Source: Blasia pusilla
Lineage: Eukaryota
DNA length: 64,000 nucleotides
Assembly (NCBI GenBank): GCA_050084515.1
Contig: CM114271.1
Location: 34,782,001-34,846,000 of the forward strand
Reading direction: 5' to 3'
Positions 50,578-64,000 of this stretch are shown here, in pieces (the first letter of the stretch is position 1; the number at the start of each line of letters is the position of its first letter). Both the position numbers and the translations under genes were made by a program. The notes beneath the pieces are model-generated. The model was not told the DNA's origin, made no database searches, and saw only the letters and a program-made list of their open reading frames with translations.

Positions 50578-52790
50578 TGTCGTGGGCATACACATCGCTG
50601 TCATCGAACACACACACAAACATACACGATCCCATGCTAACTCATGGCATCCATACATAGAGGCCAGAAGTACCAAAATATCTCCAATGAAGTAAGATCC
50701 AATCTCTCTCTACATCATCTCACACCATAGCTCTCAAAGGTGTGCACTCTCTCTCATGTCAAACCAAACCCACTCTCCTAATGAGAGGCTTGGGTTACAC
50801 TCACAAGGCAAGGGACCATAGCTCCGTGGCCTTATGCCAAGAGGTTCAACAAAGAGAGAATGAGCTCTCAAGCTCTCTCTCTTGGAGGTATATCCCCTTC
50901 CCTCTCCCAAGCCCTCTCAACGGTAACCTATACTCGCAGGTCACCTCCTTGGCTCTTGACCTGCTGCTGCTCAAGGGCCACTTCCCAAAGTGGAAAGTCA
51001 ACTATCCCCAACATGGAAACTTACCCGAAATAGTAAGTTTCTCATTATGGCTCCAAATGAGCCGAAACGAAGGGGAAACCTGCTCTCTCAGGTTTCTCGG
51101 GGCCTCAATAGGTCATCCTCGACCTCCTAGGCATGTCCTACACTACTCATGCAGACGCTCTGCTAGATCCTATCGATCTATCCTAACAGTCGTGACAGTT
51201 GTCTTGCGCATACACATCGCTACACAACATACATTGTTGTCATCGAACACACACATAAACACACACGATCCCATGCTAACTCATGGCATCCATACGTAGA
51301 GGCAAGAAGTACCAAAATATCTCCAATCAGACGTGCCATATGCCAACCTCTCGAACATCCATCACAGACTAGCATCGTGGCCGTACCACGAGCAGAACCA
51401 CACAACATAGAACGCAAGCCCGCAGGAACTACTGCTGAGCTCGGATCTACTGTACCATCAATGTTAGGAAGGTGACATAGTGCACAATTACGCACATGGT
51501 CCTTCCATACCATACCATTGCGTCCCTCCAGCAAGAGAACACCGGATGGCAAAACGTCACGAACTCTCAGGATAGTGCGCCCTGCAGTCACATCCAACAT
51601 CGTCGGTGCCATCTGCTGCAAGTAGACATAATCTCCCTGATGAAACCTCTGGATAGTTGGTCGATAACCACCACCCCGAATAGTCGCATACCTCAACGTA
51701 TCCCGATGTTGCCCAATCGCCAAGTTCTTGAACGCCATGGGCATCACTCTCCGGAACAACTCAGCCCTCTGAGAGCATGCTCGCATCCATACATCTGGGT
51801 CATCAAGGTCCAACACCTCACCAGCATCTTAACAAATGGCCGTAGGTAAATCTTGCTCTGGGCCATAAAGTAGCAAGTACGGTGAAAAAGACGCTAGGGA
51901 TGAGTGCCTATTGAATCTATATCCCATTGCCAACCACAGAAACTGGAGGTCCCAATCTCCTAGGTAACCTCTCTGCAAGTCATACTTGCGGAAACCCCTC
52001 TTCACCGTCTGCACAACTCTCTCCGCTAATCCATCCACCTCGAGATAATCTCGCGAAGTCGTGCGGTGGTCGATCAGCGCCTGATCACACAAGGCCTGGA
52101 ACTCACCGCGAAACTTAGTACCCTGGTGTGTCAACACCTCAGCCGGTGCGCCATAATGACTCAACACTCTGTCAAGGAAGGCATAAGCTACTCCCTCACT
52201 CGCTCTGTCAGGCAATGCAACCAACTCGATCCACTTCGAGAAGTGCTCGACCATCACCAACACATAACGACTGTGACGCTCAGTTAAAGGCAAAGGTCCT
52301 GCAAAATCTAAACTCCATCTATACCCTAAGTCCATGATCCGTAATGGATGCAACTGTGGAGTCGGAGCATTGAAGGATGCTCGGACCCGATCACACACCA
52401 TGCACCTGGCAAAAAACTGCTGAACGTCAGTCTGCATGCCTCGCCACCAATACTGAATCTGGAGCAAGCTGTATATCCGCTTCATCCCAAAGTGACCCAA
52501 CTCCTCGTGGGCATGTTGCACTAGTCGTGCTCTCTGTGAAGGATGCGGCACTACGCGTACTCTACCATCCTCCCAAACCCTCAAAACATGTGTCCCCTCC
52601 CAATGGAACCGTCGGCCTGGCTGCCAGAGGATCGATCCACTCTCTAGCACCCACGGTGCTCGCAACGCTGCCAGTACGAAGGTACTCCTAGACTACTCCA
52701 TCATCATGAATATCTCGGCCACCTGTCGTCTCCTCACTGGCCTCGGGATCCAAGGACTCTCCACTAGACCTCGCCATCGAAGTCTCCATA
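50578..52790 (-). mobile_element. Second, related Gypsy-like element, 3' part only: integrase, partial PHD and B1-A2-B2 terminal repeats
   Basis: IN zinc finger HEELGH..CMVC, WSLDFAGPL, GLAER and PHD start MLCGS..VCDGCSRGWH. Repeat 50578-50688 ~ 51200-51327 with junction GTGACA-GT-TGTC at 51192-51203. Abuts the 180-bp array. Confidence 0.9.
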
Positions 52791-52799
52791 CTCTGGCTC

Positions 52800-53487
52800 T
52801 CATATCAGAACTAGCATTAGAACTCATTGTGTTATGTCCGCAACTACGAGTCATATAGTTATGTCTACATCACTTGTAGGGCCTTCTACTCTAGTCATGT
52901 GTCACTACTAGGTGAGTGACTTAACGTGACTACATGAGTACATTAAGGTATGGGAAAACATTGAAATGACTACAAGAGTTGCTAGCTACAACTAAATGAA
53001 AAAATTTAATGACTGGTGGAGTCATGACTATGCTCGCTAAGTGGATCCCTCACCCATGGAGTACACATGTCACATTGTCCTTGGATATTGTGTACTTTAA
53101 CATGACTAAACATGACTAATGTAGTCATTGGTGGTAACTAGAAAAATACCCTATATATGACTACATGAGTTGTCTTCCATAGTCCATGTCACACCAATTA
53201 GCCCATATCATCTGTGACATGTCACACCGATTGCTCCACGTCATACGTATACGTGTCATTATTCCACGTCATCTAAGTGACGTGTCAGTCATGGCCTCAT
53301 GACTACGCCTCCTAGTCATATACCAGCGTCCACCTAAGTTGACCATCCTAGTTAGCCTAGTCGTCTGACAAATATGACTTGGCTTTTGTGTCTAAAATAG
53401 GCGTGAGTCATTGTTAATTGTGATATGTAAAATATGACTCATATGAATCATATAAACTAGTCATAAAACCAAGGATTTCTTCTAGTG
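52800..53487. mobile_element. CACTA transposon terminal fragment, terminus at 53487
   Basis: GGATTTCTTCTAGTG is the reverse complement of CACTAGAAGAAATCC. Many ATGACT/AGTCAT subterminal motifs occur in both orientations. Confidence 0.6.
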
Positions 53488-54832
53488 CTACAACAACCCT
53501 ACTCCAACCTCTCAAGCCGTCCATCACCCTACCCCTAGACATTTAATACCCCACTAAAATTATCGGGCCCCCCACAATCCCCTTGCCCGCACCCTAGCCG
53601 GCACGTGTGCTCCAAGGGTCGCAACAAGCCCATGCACTCGCTAGGAAGCCCGAGTCCTTGCCCGCGGGCGAGCTCCAAGGCTCGCAACGAGCCCGCGCCC
53701 TAGGACTGCATGCGGGCTACAAAACTTGCCAACACGAAAAACTGATCACCAAAGTCTGCTTGCGACGTACCAAAGTAACTTCCTAAGGGAGGCCATGATT
53801 CACACATGTTCATCTAGGGTGGGAAGTGGGAATGTGCACACACCTGCTGTAAAGTAAATTAGGCGGTTCTTACTAGTTTTTATGATGCCCGGAGTGCATT
53901 TGAGATGGAAAACACGATTTCTTTGTCAAAGTGGCGAAAGAACCGTTGGGGATTGCCGGTTTGGCATGTAGGTTGCCTGCACGGGCCCGGCTGGGTTTTC
54001 CTCGGCAACTCAGTTGCCGACTTCCGGCGCCCAGGAGTCGATACCATCGACTCGTGGACCCCGTCCCACCCCACGATGAGTCCTCCGCGGTGACCGCCAG
54101 TTTAGGTCGTCCAACACATCGAAGGAGCTGGCATGATTCGAATAGATATTCGAACAGCGGACGAACGGGATCCAATCCTCGCTACCGGGCATTCCTGCGC
54201 CCACGTACCTACCCAGTTCACGAGCGGTGCAGTACCCGACCCCAAATCGCAAAAGGTACAGGTCCAAGTTAAGTTGCTGACACCCAAGATTAAATAAATG
54301 ATGGCGTGAATTCTGCTTTCACTCAGAGCACGCATCGGATCCTTGGGCTTACCATCGATCATGAGCGGGCCCTGAGTGGCTGGCTGGCAATCACTGTCTT
54401 CACGAATGGCGGCCTCGTGCTCGCGCAATCTGGGACGCTCGCTTCCAGGGCCTGCACTTACGAGCACATTTGTGCATGATTACACTATTTGAAGTTATGG
54501 TGCCCGTCCGAGTCCACCTTGTCTAAGTCGCCGGTCAGGACTGTCCAGAGCATAGAATTCCCACGCGCCTCCAAGCATCGAGTATCGGAACGTTAAACTT
54601 CTAGATCAGATCATCAGACGAGGATCTGTCATGGCATGCATACATGCGGAGAAACTGGCGGGGTATAATAAATAAACTTGTAGAAGTCAATGTTCCATGA
54701 CCACTGCTCACTCCTAAATATGGGGCAGGCGGTCAAAACTGCATTGTGCCGCACTGCAGCAGCAATGCCTGTGCACAACATGTGGCGGCGTGGCCTGAAC
54801 GTGTGTTCAACCTCCTCGAGACACATGTACTT

Positions 54833-54985
54833 GCGCACCGCATACACACAATAACTGAATTGCTGAATCAGAAACATCGTTGCCAGTTCCGTATGTTCGT
54901 TTACGCGCGCACCGCATACACACAATAACTGAATTGCTGAATCAGAAACATCGTTGCCAGTTCCGTATGTTCGTTTACGCGCGCA
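54833..54985. repeat. Perfect 74-bp tandem duplication
   Basis: Two identical 74-nt units bounded by GCGCA microhomology. Confidence 0.95.
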
Positions 54986-57900
54986 GGTGGCAGATATATA
55001 TCCAGTGAAATGGACATGAATCGGGAAGGGGACGAAGCTAGAACTGAAACAGGAATGCGAGGAAAAGCAGGCAGGCCTCTTATGTTGAAAATATCAAACG
55101 TCCTGATCGCCTGGACTTCAGGGTTAAATGTTCACAGATCGATCTGCGCGTGAGCAGCCTGTTCAGATGAGGCCGTCTGGGGGTAGGCCTCTTAGCAGTA
55201 GTTAATTAGGTAATGTACGCCACGTTCTTACTCGGCGAGCCGGCGCGCGCGATTCACGACCTTCTAATATCGATCTTTGGCACTACTCTAAGAAGAACGT
55301 TTGATTAATAAAATCGAAATATATGATCCTTGGGCATGGCTACAAACACTGAGCGATTCACGATGTATGTACGAGAACGATCGATATATGGATTTAGATA
55401 CCAACTAGTGTAGTTATGAAACTCGGCTTAGCAAAGCCTCACCTGTGGGAGTTCATTCTCGGGATCCGACGCATGAAGTCAGAACAAAGACTCTAGCTTC
55501 AGATGATTAAAACCAGCTCGGAATCAGTAATAAGATATTCTATCTCTCCATGATTCAGTCATGAGTCGATGCCTAGTTATACACGTTAGCAAGTTTGAAA
55601 GTCTCGTGGCTACAGATTGGAGGATCTGTCCTGAACACGAGGTGAATTTCGAGGCCCTGTACATTCCAGGTCCAAAGGTCGAGAGGTTTTGACTTGGACG
55701 GCCAGGCCCCAATGAGCGTTGCAGGTTTCCTGCTCTAGAGCTTTGTTCCATGATCGATATCGACCTGCGCATGCGTCGACATGCTGTGGAAATTCCCTCC
55801 TGAGATCCCCACGGGTAACGTCTACTATGTGCTCAACATGGCCTACATCGCATCGATCTACAAAAGCCTTCACGCGCCATGATATCTCCGTATTTTCGAC
55901 TTACAGACACAAGCCACGGAACAAGGTAGGTCACCGAGCTCGCACCAACAGTGGTAAACTTCTTCACCTTCGATTCGCAACCATGGTGACGTACGTACGC
56001 GCAAGAGGCGCTGATATCCATGAACATGCCTATTCAGCTCACCGTACATTACCGTCTGGCAAAAAGAGAATTTCGGAACTTGTAAATAATATTGGCCAAC
56101 ATCCAGGAACCTGAAAAGAGCCAGGATCGTGACGATTGATAGCAATAACACCTTCTCAAGCGAAACAAAACGTAACCTCCAAACAGCGGTTTACACGTAC
56201 ATAAAATGCAAGAATTCTTTTCGAGGACAGCACAGTCCAACAGCACATATATTTTCTATCGTAATTGTCGTTATCCAACATGAGCGGTGCCGGAGAACAG
56301 AAGAATTAGAGTTAACTTTGTTTGCAACGTCTCGCAACCCAAGCGCAGCAGGTTGGCAGAGCTCTAGAGCATTGAACCTTGGCAGTTCTTAAGTCATGAT
56401 CGAAAAATCTCAGGAACGTGGACGACTCCGGGCATTAAATCTCGCTGAGGAAAAGGGACATGACGACATCTACGAGTGTTTTCTCGTGAGATCTGTTGAA
56501 ATTTGATACGAGTCTCAGTTTGCCCGTACAATATAAGCATTTTCTCCTATTTTGATTACGACATTTCTCGAGTGTATTGCATATCTTCCCTTCAATCCGT
56601 CATCGTCCATAAATGACACTCATCGCATCATATATTTATACTTCACGATGAGATTCTTCCCATGTATGTAGAAATAGCATTCAGGATCATGACCGACTAA
56701 ATGAATTCATCGACCATTGACATCGGGGATCACCATTATGGACATTAAGATCGCCATGTCCAGTCTGGCCTTAATGTCCACAATTGCAATCAGAAAGTTG
56801 TAATTTAATCAAGGATAGATGTATCATTATTATAGCTGGTAGTGTCTATCAATCCATAACTCTAGACACATGTAGAGTTTTTTTCTAACTGGTAAATTTT
56901 CTTATGATTTCGATTGATATCGATGAACTACCATTAGTCTTGCAGCCAGTCTAGATCCTACATTTCAAGCTGGGTAATGGTTAGTGTCGGCCTCACGTAC
57001 TAAAAGATCTTACTCGATATTAAGTCTTTATAGAACCTTACTTGTAGGTCGTAGCTCATTTATCCATGCAGTAGTAGCATGACCTCGATTGAATGAATGC
57101 CCCATGATATGCCTGTACACACCATTCCTCTTGACAATCATCTGTCAGGGCAGACCTAGGCTGCTGACATGGCAACCTCGATCTCACTCATGATCTTCAA
57201 CCTGTGGATAAAATGTGTACAATGTTTGTCATATACGTTTGAATATGAACTGACATGTATATGAATTCAAAAGAATAAAACACACGAATTGTTTCGATAC
57301 TTACGTGAAAGCTCACAACTTGCAACTAAAAACTGGCTCGAAGATGGTGAATTTCAGGACTTCAAATTGACAATTGATCAATATTGTTTACATAGATCGT
57401 GAACGATTACAGTGAGTACATGATCATGACCATCGCAGCTCTAGATAGCTAATCACCATTCATGCTGTGAACTAGGTCCCAGATCTACATATGATATATA
57501 GAACTACCTGTAGGTAGACCTACATATATGTACATGTAAAGATCTATTAATGCATTGGTTGGAACTGTGGTGGTGGACACAGCCGGCACGAGCGGCCGAA
57601 TCTCGCCTCAAGAGAACCTGCTCTTGAAAAAGTAGCCACCACCTGATCAGCCACGTATCCCGGCCGCCAGCCTGGAGTCCCACGAGGTGCATGGCTGGAC
57701 TATCCCGGGAATGTTTGAGCTAGATTCCCGAGGATCTGCATGCTCCAGCACTTGTTCGGATTTTCATGACCGGCATTCACTTGTGGCCTTGGTGGTCCCC
57801 CTTGAATAGGGAACGCTTATGCACAAGGATCCGGAACGAGCTCCTGCTGGGCTCCAGCCGGCCGTGGACGTACAGTACTTAGCTAGAGCTTTCTGAAATA

Positions 57901-58898
57901 TGCTCGTCAGAAAGATCACCATGGATCCTATCCTGGCACCGATCAAGATCGAGAGATCTACACTTGATCAATTATACAGCACTTCGCGAAATCGGGACAC
58001 ACCTAGAGCTCTCTGTCTCTCTCTGTCACAGGCATACATGGTATCGATCTAGATTTACAGCCACACTGCCTCGGATCACGTACTTCCCGAGGGAAGAATC
58101 GATCCAAAAATTAAATTCTCTGTCTGGACAGCGTATGACTAATTTATCGTCCAGATCCGTTGCAGGCAGCAGCTGATCAGTGTACTAGATCGATGAGAGA
58201 ACTCGCAAGCGAGACCATGCAGCTGGTCCCTGGAGCTTGAACTGCATGTACATATAATTAAGGACCTTATATCTACAGAAATATATAGATCTCCAGGGTG
58301 CAGCACAAGCTAGCCTTATCATGGACGACATCGGAAAAGAAGAGAAAACACTATTACAGCTATCTAGGGACAAAACAAACTTGTCCTTGCAGTCATCGTA
58401 AGACATTACTTGCAAGCAATTAGCAAGCGACTAACCAACAAGTACGCACGCAGATGAGAAGAGTCTGAATCATGGCGATAACTAGTGCGAGCTAGCGCTC
58501 GAGTCAATCGGTGGCGCAGCTACAATACTTAACAGAATCTCAAGTGATCTAGAGTGACTTTACGTAATATATATTAAATGTCACGGTTCTGTCAGGAATC
58601 GCAAAATCAGGACTAACTGTGTAGAATTATTCCTCGCTCGTCCGCACAAGAGCGCGCTACACTTGAAAAATCCGCTGACCTTTACCTTCAAATTCGAACA
58701 TGTGTACTCGATCGCGAGTACTTAGTCTCGAACGACCAAAAGGACAGATGAATTGCGGAAGTTGCATCTTGAAATGAACATGAGTCCGGATCCATCAAAA
58801 TTTGGCACAAGTTTGATAATTCAACCCTTAGACCCGCTGAAACAGTGGTGGCCAGCCATCAGGTCTCGAAATTCTCGATACAATTCGGGTCAGTTCAA

Positions 58899-59628
58899 CT
58901 ATCTTGGACTGATGGACATATCATTGACATGTCGAGAGCTTCTCGGCGGAAATTGTCGCTCGGGTGAGTCGTCCATGGGATACTTTGGGGTGTTGGTCCC
59001 TGACAAGCTCTTCCTCCGCTGTTGGCTCACCATCAGCCTCTCTAGTGTTTGCTGGTGCTGCTGTTGCACAGTGTCGATATCGACCATATCGTCTCCGAAG
59101 CTTGGCGCCGGGCTGTGGATTGCGGACGGACCGGTTCCCGCCTGGTGCAAAGGTGGACGCTGATTCTGGGTGGTCGACGAGTTCACACGGTTTTCGTAAT
59201 CATCGTAGTTCATAGATCCAGAATGATTGGAACTCAGCGAGTTCACTGAGAACCTTGACGGATCGAAACCGAAGTCGCGATCTACGTCGTAGTTCCTGGA
59301 ATTGTTGTTGGAATTTCTCGCGTCGTAACTTTCATAGCGATGTTCTGTTCTGACCGTTCGTTGCAACTGGTAGTCAGAGTGCACCGTGCTCCTGGTCAAT
59401 GGTCCGGAGTTGTCGCTCATTGGGGTTGGTGATCCACGATCGTCACGCTGCAGCACGCCACTGTTTTGTCTTGAACTCTCCCGGGATCCGTCAGTAACCA
59501 TGCTTACAGTCTCGCTGATGGATCCTTCGGCGTTATAGATGGATCCTTCGGTGTTGTAAGACAGCGGCGTGAGCTCCCCTGGATAGTGTTGTTCGCCTGG
59601 AGGCATTCTCGCCATGCCTCCTGCAGCT
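58899..59628 (-). CDS. Last coding exon of the uncharacterised gene
   Basis: ttgaacag| acceptor, long open frame (ORF 58899-59636), TAG stop. Confidence 0.75.
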
Positions 59629-62359
59629 CTGTTCAAACAATAGCACAGTGGATTCGTTAAATTACGATTACATTACACGATTATATTAATTAACATTTCC
59701 ATCGACGTATATCGAGCTGTCACTAGGCACACATATATGTAACAACTGCTGCACCAGTGCAACGTTTGGTAGATAACTTAGTCCTTGTGATCGATAATTA
59801 TCACTTAATACAACCTGTCCGACAACCCTATCTTCTGACAGGTGTGCACTAATTATTAAGGTAGCAAATTGCGTTAACTTGTAATGGCAGTAGCTCCCTT
59901 TAAGCCAAGTTCAACGTTTTAATAATGAATGCTACAAATTGGAAGATAAACATAGCAATTGAATACATGCACAACAGTGGAATCAAACACATATCAATTT
60001 CCAGCATCATCCATCATCGAACCAACGTTCGATCGAAGTAGAGCTGATGGAACGTTTAAAGCGTACCTTCTGTTTCCTCTGTGATGATGGAACCTGGCGT
60101 GTGTATGCATAGTAGGCTGATTTGAAGGATGATACTCTGCGTAGGGTATCCATGATTCGTCAGCGATATCTTCCGTGATAGCACTCGCTTCGGTGATGGA
60201 ACTAGCTTGACTGAGGTCGCTATCATATGAATGTGCCGGAGGTGCCATCGGTTGCCCTTGTTTCAGGAGAAGATTCTGCTAGAGCCACATGCAATCCAAA
60301 ATTATTCAGTAAGAATTGATTGGTCATCGTACTAGCCGTGGCGCATCACCAAAACTTCTGGGATCATAGTTGGGTCCCATTTTGGCTCATAAGCGTTTCG
60401 CTCCAGTCCACATATATGGTCATAAATTGCTTCGGTGCTTCAGGAGCTCGAGAAATACATACATTAAAAGTGTTTAAACCGAGTCTAATCCAAGTAGTAG
60501 TTAAGTGGTCAGACGTAAATCTAGATAGAAACTTTAGGTCACACTAAGTTGAGGTCTTCAATATTCAATGACCTGAAGCTATCGATCGATATGATTGCAT
60601 GCATTACACTAATTGACGTGTACCGAGAGATATTATCTGCTGTACTCACGTTGGCGAGTTACAGAGTAGTCAATAAGTTTAACGCTGAAAAAGCAGAATA
60701 AAAGATCATGAGCAAGACCCAATGAAATTGATTCTTGATCCATCGCTCCGGAAACACACCTCTAATTTCAGTCTCTCGATTTCATGTTTGAGACTCTGGA
60801 GAGCTCTGCTCTCGGCCGCCTGATCTACGTCGACAATTTGGTCAAGGTCGTCGACATATTCCTCAGGATCGTGATCGGCCGCACCGTTGGGATGCGTCGC
60901 TGCGTGTTGGGGGCGAATCTCCTTGTCGTAAAACCTCCTCGACAAGTCGTACTCTGATTCGAATTCGGTGCTGATTGCAGAGTCGGCGTCATTGAAAGAA
61001 TCCAAGCTCGATCGGCTTGAGACGCACGACGACTTCGAAGATATGTGCGATATTTTGTGGCGCGACGTCGTGATGGTCTTTAGGCCCGGCCGATCTCGGG
61101 GGATTCTCATAATGATTTCGCCCGACCTTTCATAACCTGCATGCGAATTCGTCACGTTCACCGTCACAACTGAGAGTTGAAGTTAAGATCCCCACAGCCG
61201 CGCTAGTTATCGACAATACAAACGCGTACATATATGTGTATTCCGAGGTTACATGGGACAAATATAATGATTCTGATATACCGTACGATTGCAGGAAAGA
61301 TCATCCTGAGATGCGACTAGTATGAACAGAAGTTCGCGCGGAACAAATTAATCGTTTCATGAAGTAATGTCTTTCAACTGCAGCATGATTCGCTAAGGTA
61401 GTTCGATTCAGTCTCTGGACATGGATAGATCTCCATCTAAAGAGGAAGTGGCCTTGGAACGTGTGATTACCGACTGGGCCCTCCACGATACCGGGGTCGC
61501 GCATGCGATTGTCGAGCGAATCGTCCACAACTACGTAAGTCGGAACCGACGATGGCGGTCGGTTGGTGAAACTCCTCTGCGAATTCGAATGCTGCTGGAA
61601 TACAGCAAGATCATTAATCATAAAACTTATCACGTACACTCTTGACACCTTCTAATAGTAATACTAACGAGGTCTAGATTCATGACGCCATAGAGGTTCG
61701 AATTCCTCTTCAAGTAATTCTTTATTTCATGCATACGTAGTTCCAATTCGTCATATAATTTGAGACGGGTTTATCAAGGACTAAGATCAGGGGAACTCAC
61801 GAGACATTGGACTTTTATATTTCACACTGTAGATATGTTTCACTTGACATTAAATGTTCAACCGTACTTGAGTGTTCAATTTTGATGAGTTTCTAGACGT
61901 TAATCTTCACAGAAGTAGAGCATGTTTGAGCATATACCTCTTTAGAAGTTGATGGTTGTGGCGATGGACTGTAAGCTTGAGGCGGAGAGTTATCGAAGAG
62001 CGTTCGGAAGACACGAAAGCCTAGACTAGGCTTGCTTGTCTGCAGAAAGTTTGTACATTAGTTAGTCAACATCTAGATGATATTTCGATTACTTGTTATG
62101 TCCGCAGTATCTGCAGATCTAGACGATGAGCACATACAAGGTCTGTACTTATAGGCAGAGATCTAGATCTGATACTAGATGACAGGTACATGTAAGATTC
62201 CTCTTGAATCAAATGAAGACTAATCGAGGCCCGTCTCGATCATACCGACGTTTCTGCAATCACAGTCAACCAGTTCCTGCCAACCACATCTATGTGTACA
62301 TCTATACCGCGTGAATGGATGATTCTTACCTTGGACATGGGAGTGACTCCCGAGTCCAT
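58899..62359 (-). CDS. Uncharacterised Ser/Asp-rich, probably disordered protein with a short coiled coil; join(62359..62330,62039..61938,61594..61471,61136..60760,60278..60067,59628..58899), 524 aa, start codon uncertain
   Basis: Six exons with GT-AG introns whose phases (0,0,1,0,2) chain into one stop-free 1575-nt frame. Heptad-like segment ALQSLKHEIERLKLE|QNLLLK spans a splice junction. Confidence 0.7.
60067..60278 (-). CDS. Internal exon of the uncharacterised gene
   Basis: ctctag|CAG acceptor (NAGNAG) and AG|GTAC donor, phase-compatible with its neighbours. Confidence 0.7.
60760..61136 (-). CDS. Internal exon of the uncharacterised gene
   Basis: atgcag|GT acceptor and GAG|GTGTG donor, lying within ORF 60706-61167. 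Confidence 0.7.
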
Positions 62360-64000
62360 ATTCGAATGATCCTTGGGCCCTGGAATTTTGGCTGAAATGA
62401 AATTATGAGCCTGCAATAGGCGTAGCTTGAGTCTAGCTCCTCGGAACCCCGTGATGTCCAGCTCTGGTAACGACTGCAAAGTACATGACCACGTCCTTGT
62501 CAGTAACGAGTACTCTCCAAGTAACGTTCTGGTTTCCTAGAGATCCAACTTGGTCGAAGACGTTGGACCCGATCAATCGATCGAGTCCATGTCGACCAAC
62601 ACGTTTATTACCGGAGGCGATCTAGATTCTAGGTTGACCAAAACAACTATTAGACTACTATAATTTGGAAGGAACGGAAGTAGAGTAGCTGTGGCTTCAG
62701 TCGTGGGTGGAATGTTCTTCCTGAAATCCTCCCCCCCCCCACTCGCCTTCAGTGCTTCAAAACAGGTACTATAAAAGATCATGAGGAATTTCTCAAATAC
62801 GTCTCACCCTATGGATGCTTTCAATTAAGTAGGTAGCTAGTGCTACTTCACTTTGTAGGCCTGCAGAGTATGTAGAGGGCTAGTACGTTTGACACATGGT
62901 ATAAGTTCGGAAACACTTGCGAAGGATCTGCATCATAAATAACGAGGCTACCGTGCCTGGTCTGACATTTCCACATGCCTGCGGTCAAAGTCTCAAAAAT
63001 CGATTTCCCTCGTCAGACAGTTGCGAAGAGAAATGAAAGAATTACCTGGAGGGCCACAGGTGAGCGCACTAGCGCTAAAGATCTGATCCAACTCTCGAGA
63101 GCGGTGTTGTTCCAAGGCTCAACTCAGGCACATTTGCACTACTAGCTTCGCGCTTGAACTCCCCCGCGTAAATACCCCGCTGCCTTACGATATCTTCCCC
63201 AAAGGGGTCCTCACAGACCTGCTACCTCAGAATTTTCCCGCATCAGATCCTTCGCCAACATCTGCTTCAAGACATCCATGCCATGAAGGCCTAAGACTGA
63301 CCTGCCGTCCCCCAGCAAGACGTATACTTCGCCCGGCCGGCCCACGGCAACCTAAGCTGAACACGGATCCTCCGATCTGCATTGACCTGCAGTCGCTTGC
63401 ATGGCAGTTACAAGCCAGTGCGGCCTTTCTTAAGTAGCCTCCAGAGATGCTGCAATCTTTCCTGCCGATGGATATCCGCGGTCTAGATCTCGACGAGTAA
63501 AAGCAGCGGGGAGCAAAATGCTTAAATGGCAGAGCATGGGAGATCTAGAATTTATCTCGAGATCAAAACTCCCCGAACTTGCTTGCGAGATCTTGATCTC
63601 AGATTTTGTCCGGGCTCATACGCTGAACAGCTGTCCGCCTGCTACAGGCGACTGTGGAGTGGGCCCCGCTCCCGTTTGACTGGCTTGCAGCATTACAGTG
63701 ATCTACCTGATGTAGACCACATTTCGGGGTCAACATAAACTAATGAAATGTCTGCAGTGGCAGATCTGCGCTCGCTGTTCAAGAGATTTGGCGGAGCGCA
63801 TATTTCCTATGATGCGGAGTTGAGACAATTGTCTCAACTCCGCATCGTCTCGCGCATGCCCAGCATCTTCAGCCCATCGTGCTGGAGCCGGATCTCGGAG
63901 CGCAACCATGACCAGTTTTCTTCAATTCTTTTACCCAGGGCAGCTTCGAAAGGAGGACCGGTGCGACCACGAAGCCGATCACCAGCCCTTCTGTTGCGCC

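Noticed and set aside
53870-58500. Short ORFs and splice-like sites suggesting another gene
   Set aside because: I could not chain them into a consistent reading frame and found no recognisable protein. It could be UTR or non-coding transcript.

Overview
Eukaryotic, most likely non-seed land-plant, genomic DNA (inferred from intron style, a plant-type invertase and the TE content). Positions 1 to ~53.8 kb are AT-rich, CpG-depleted and dense in transposons. Positions ~53.9-64 kb are GC-balanced, CpG-retaining and genic. Genes: an intact 4-exon alkaline/neutral invertase (GH100, 3134-6716, +), an intronless YjcF/ElaA-like GNAT acetyltransferase with an apparent 5' frameshift (~9720-10291, +), and a 6-exon serine-rich protein of unknown family (58899-62359, -). 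TEs: two decayed sister Ty1/Copia elements, a mini-Helitron, CACTA ends, a probable Harbinger remnant, two decayed kinase-like ORFs and a ~180-bp tandem array. The most notable item is a Ty3/Gypsy-type retroelement (37784-46803, -). It encodes gag, a full DNA cytosine-5 methyltransferase, RT, RNase H, a DDE integrase and a PHD finger. It does not have two ordinary LTRs: its ends are split direct repeats (A1-ORFs-B1-A2-B2, as in PAT/Ngaro tyrosine-recombinase elements), joined at a near-palindromic CA-NN-TG junction, and it has a 4-bp target-site duplication. A second, diverged element (50578-~52790) shows the same terminal architecture. All calls come from manual reading and no searches were run.
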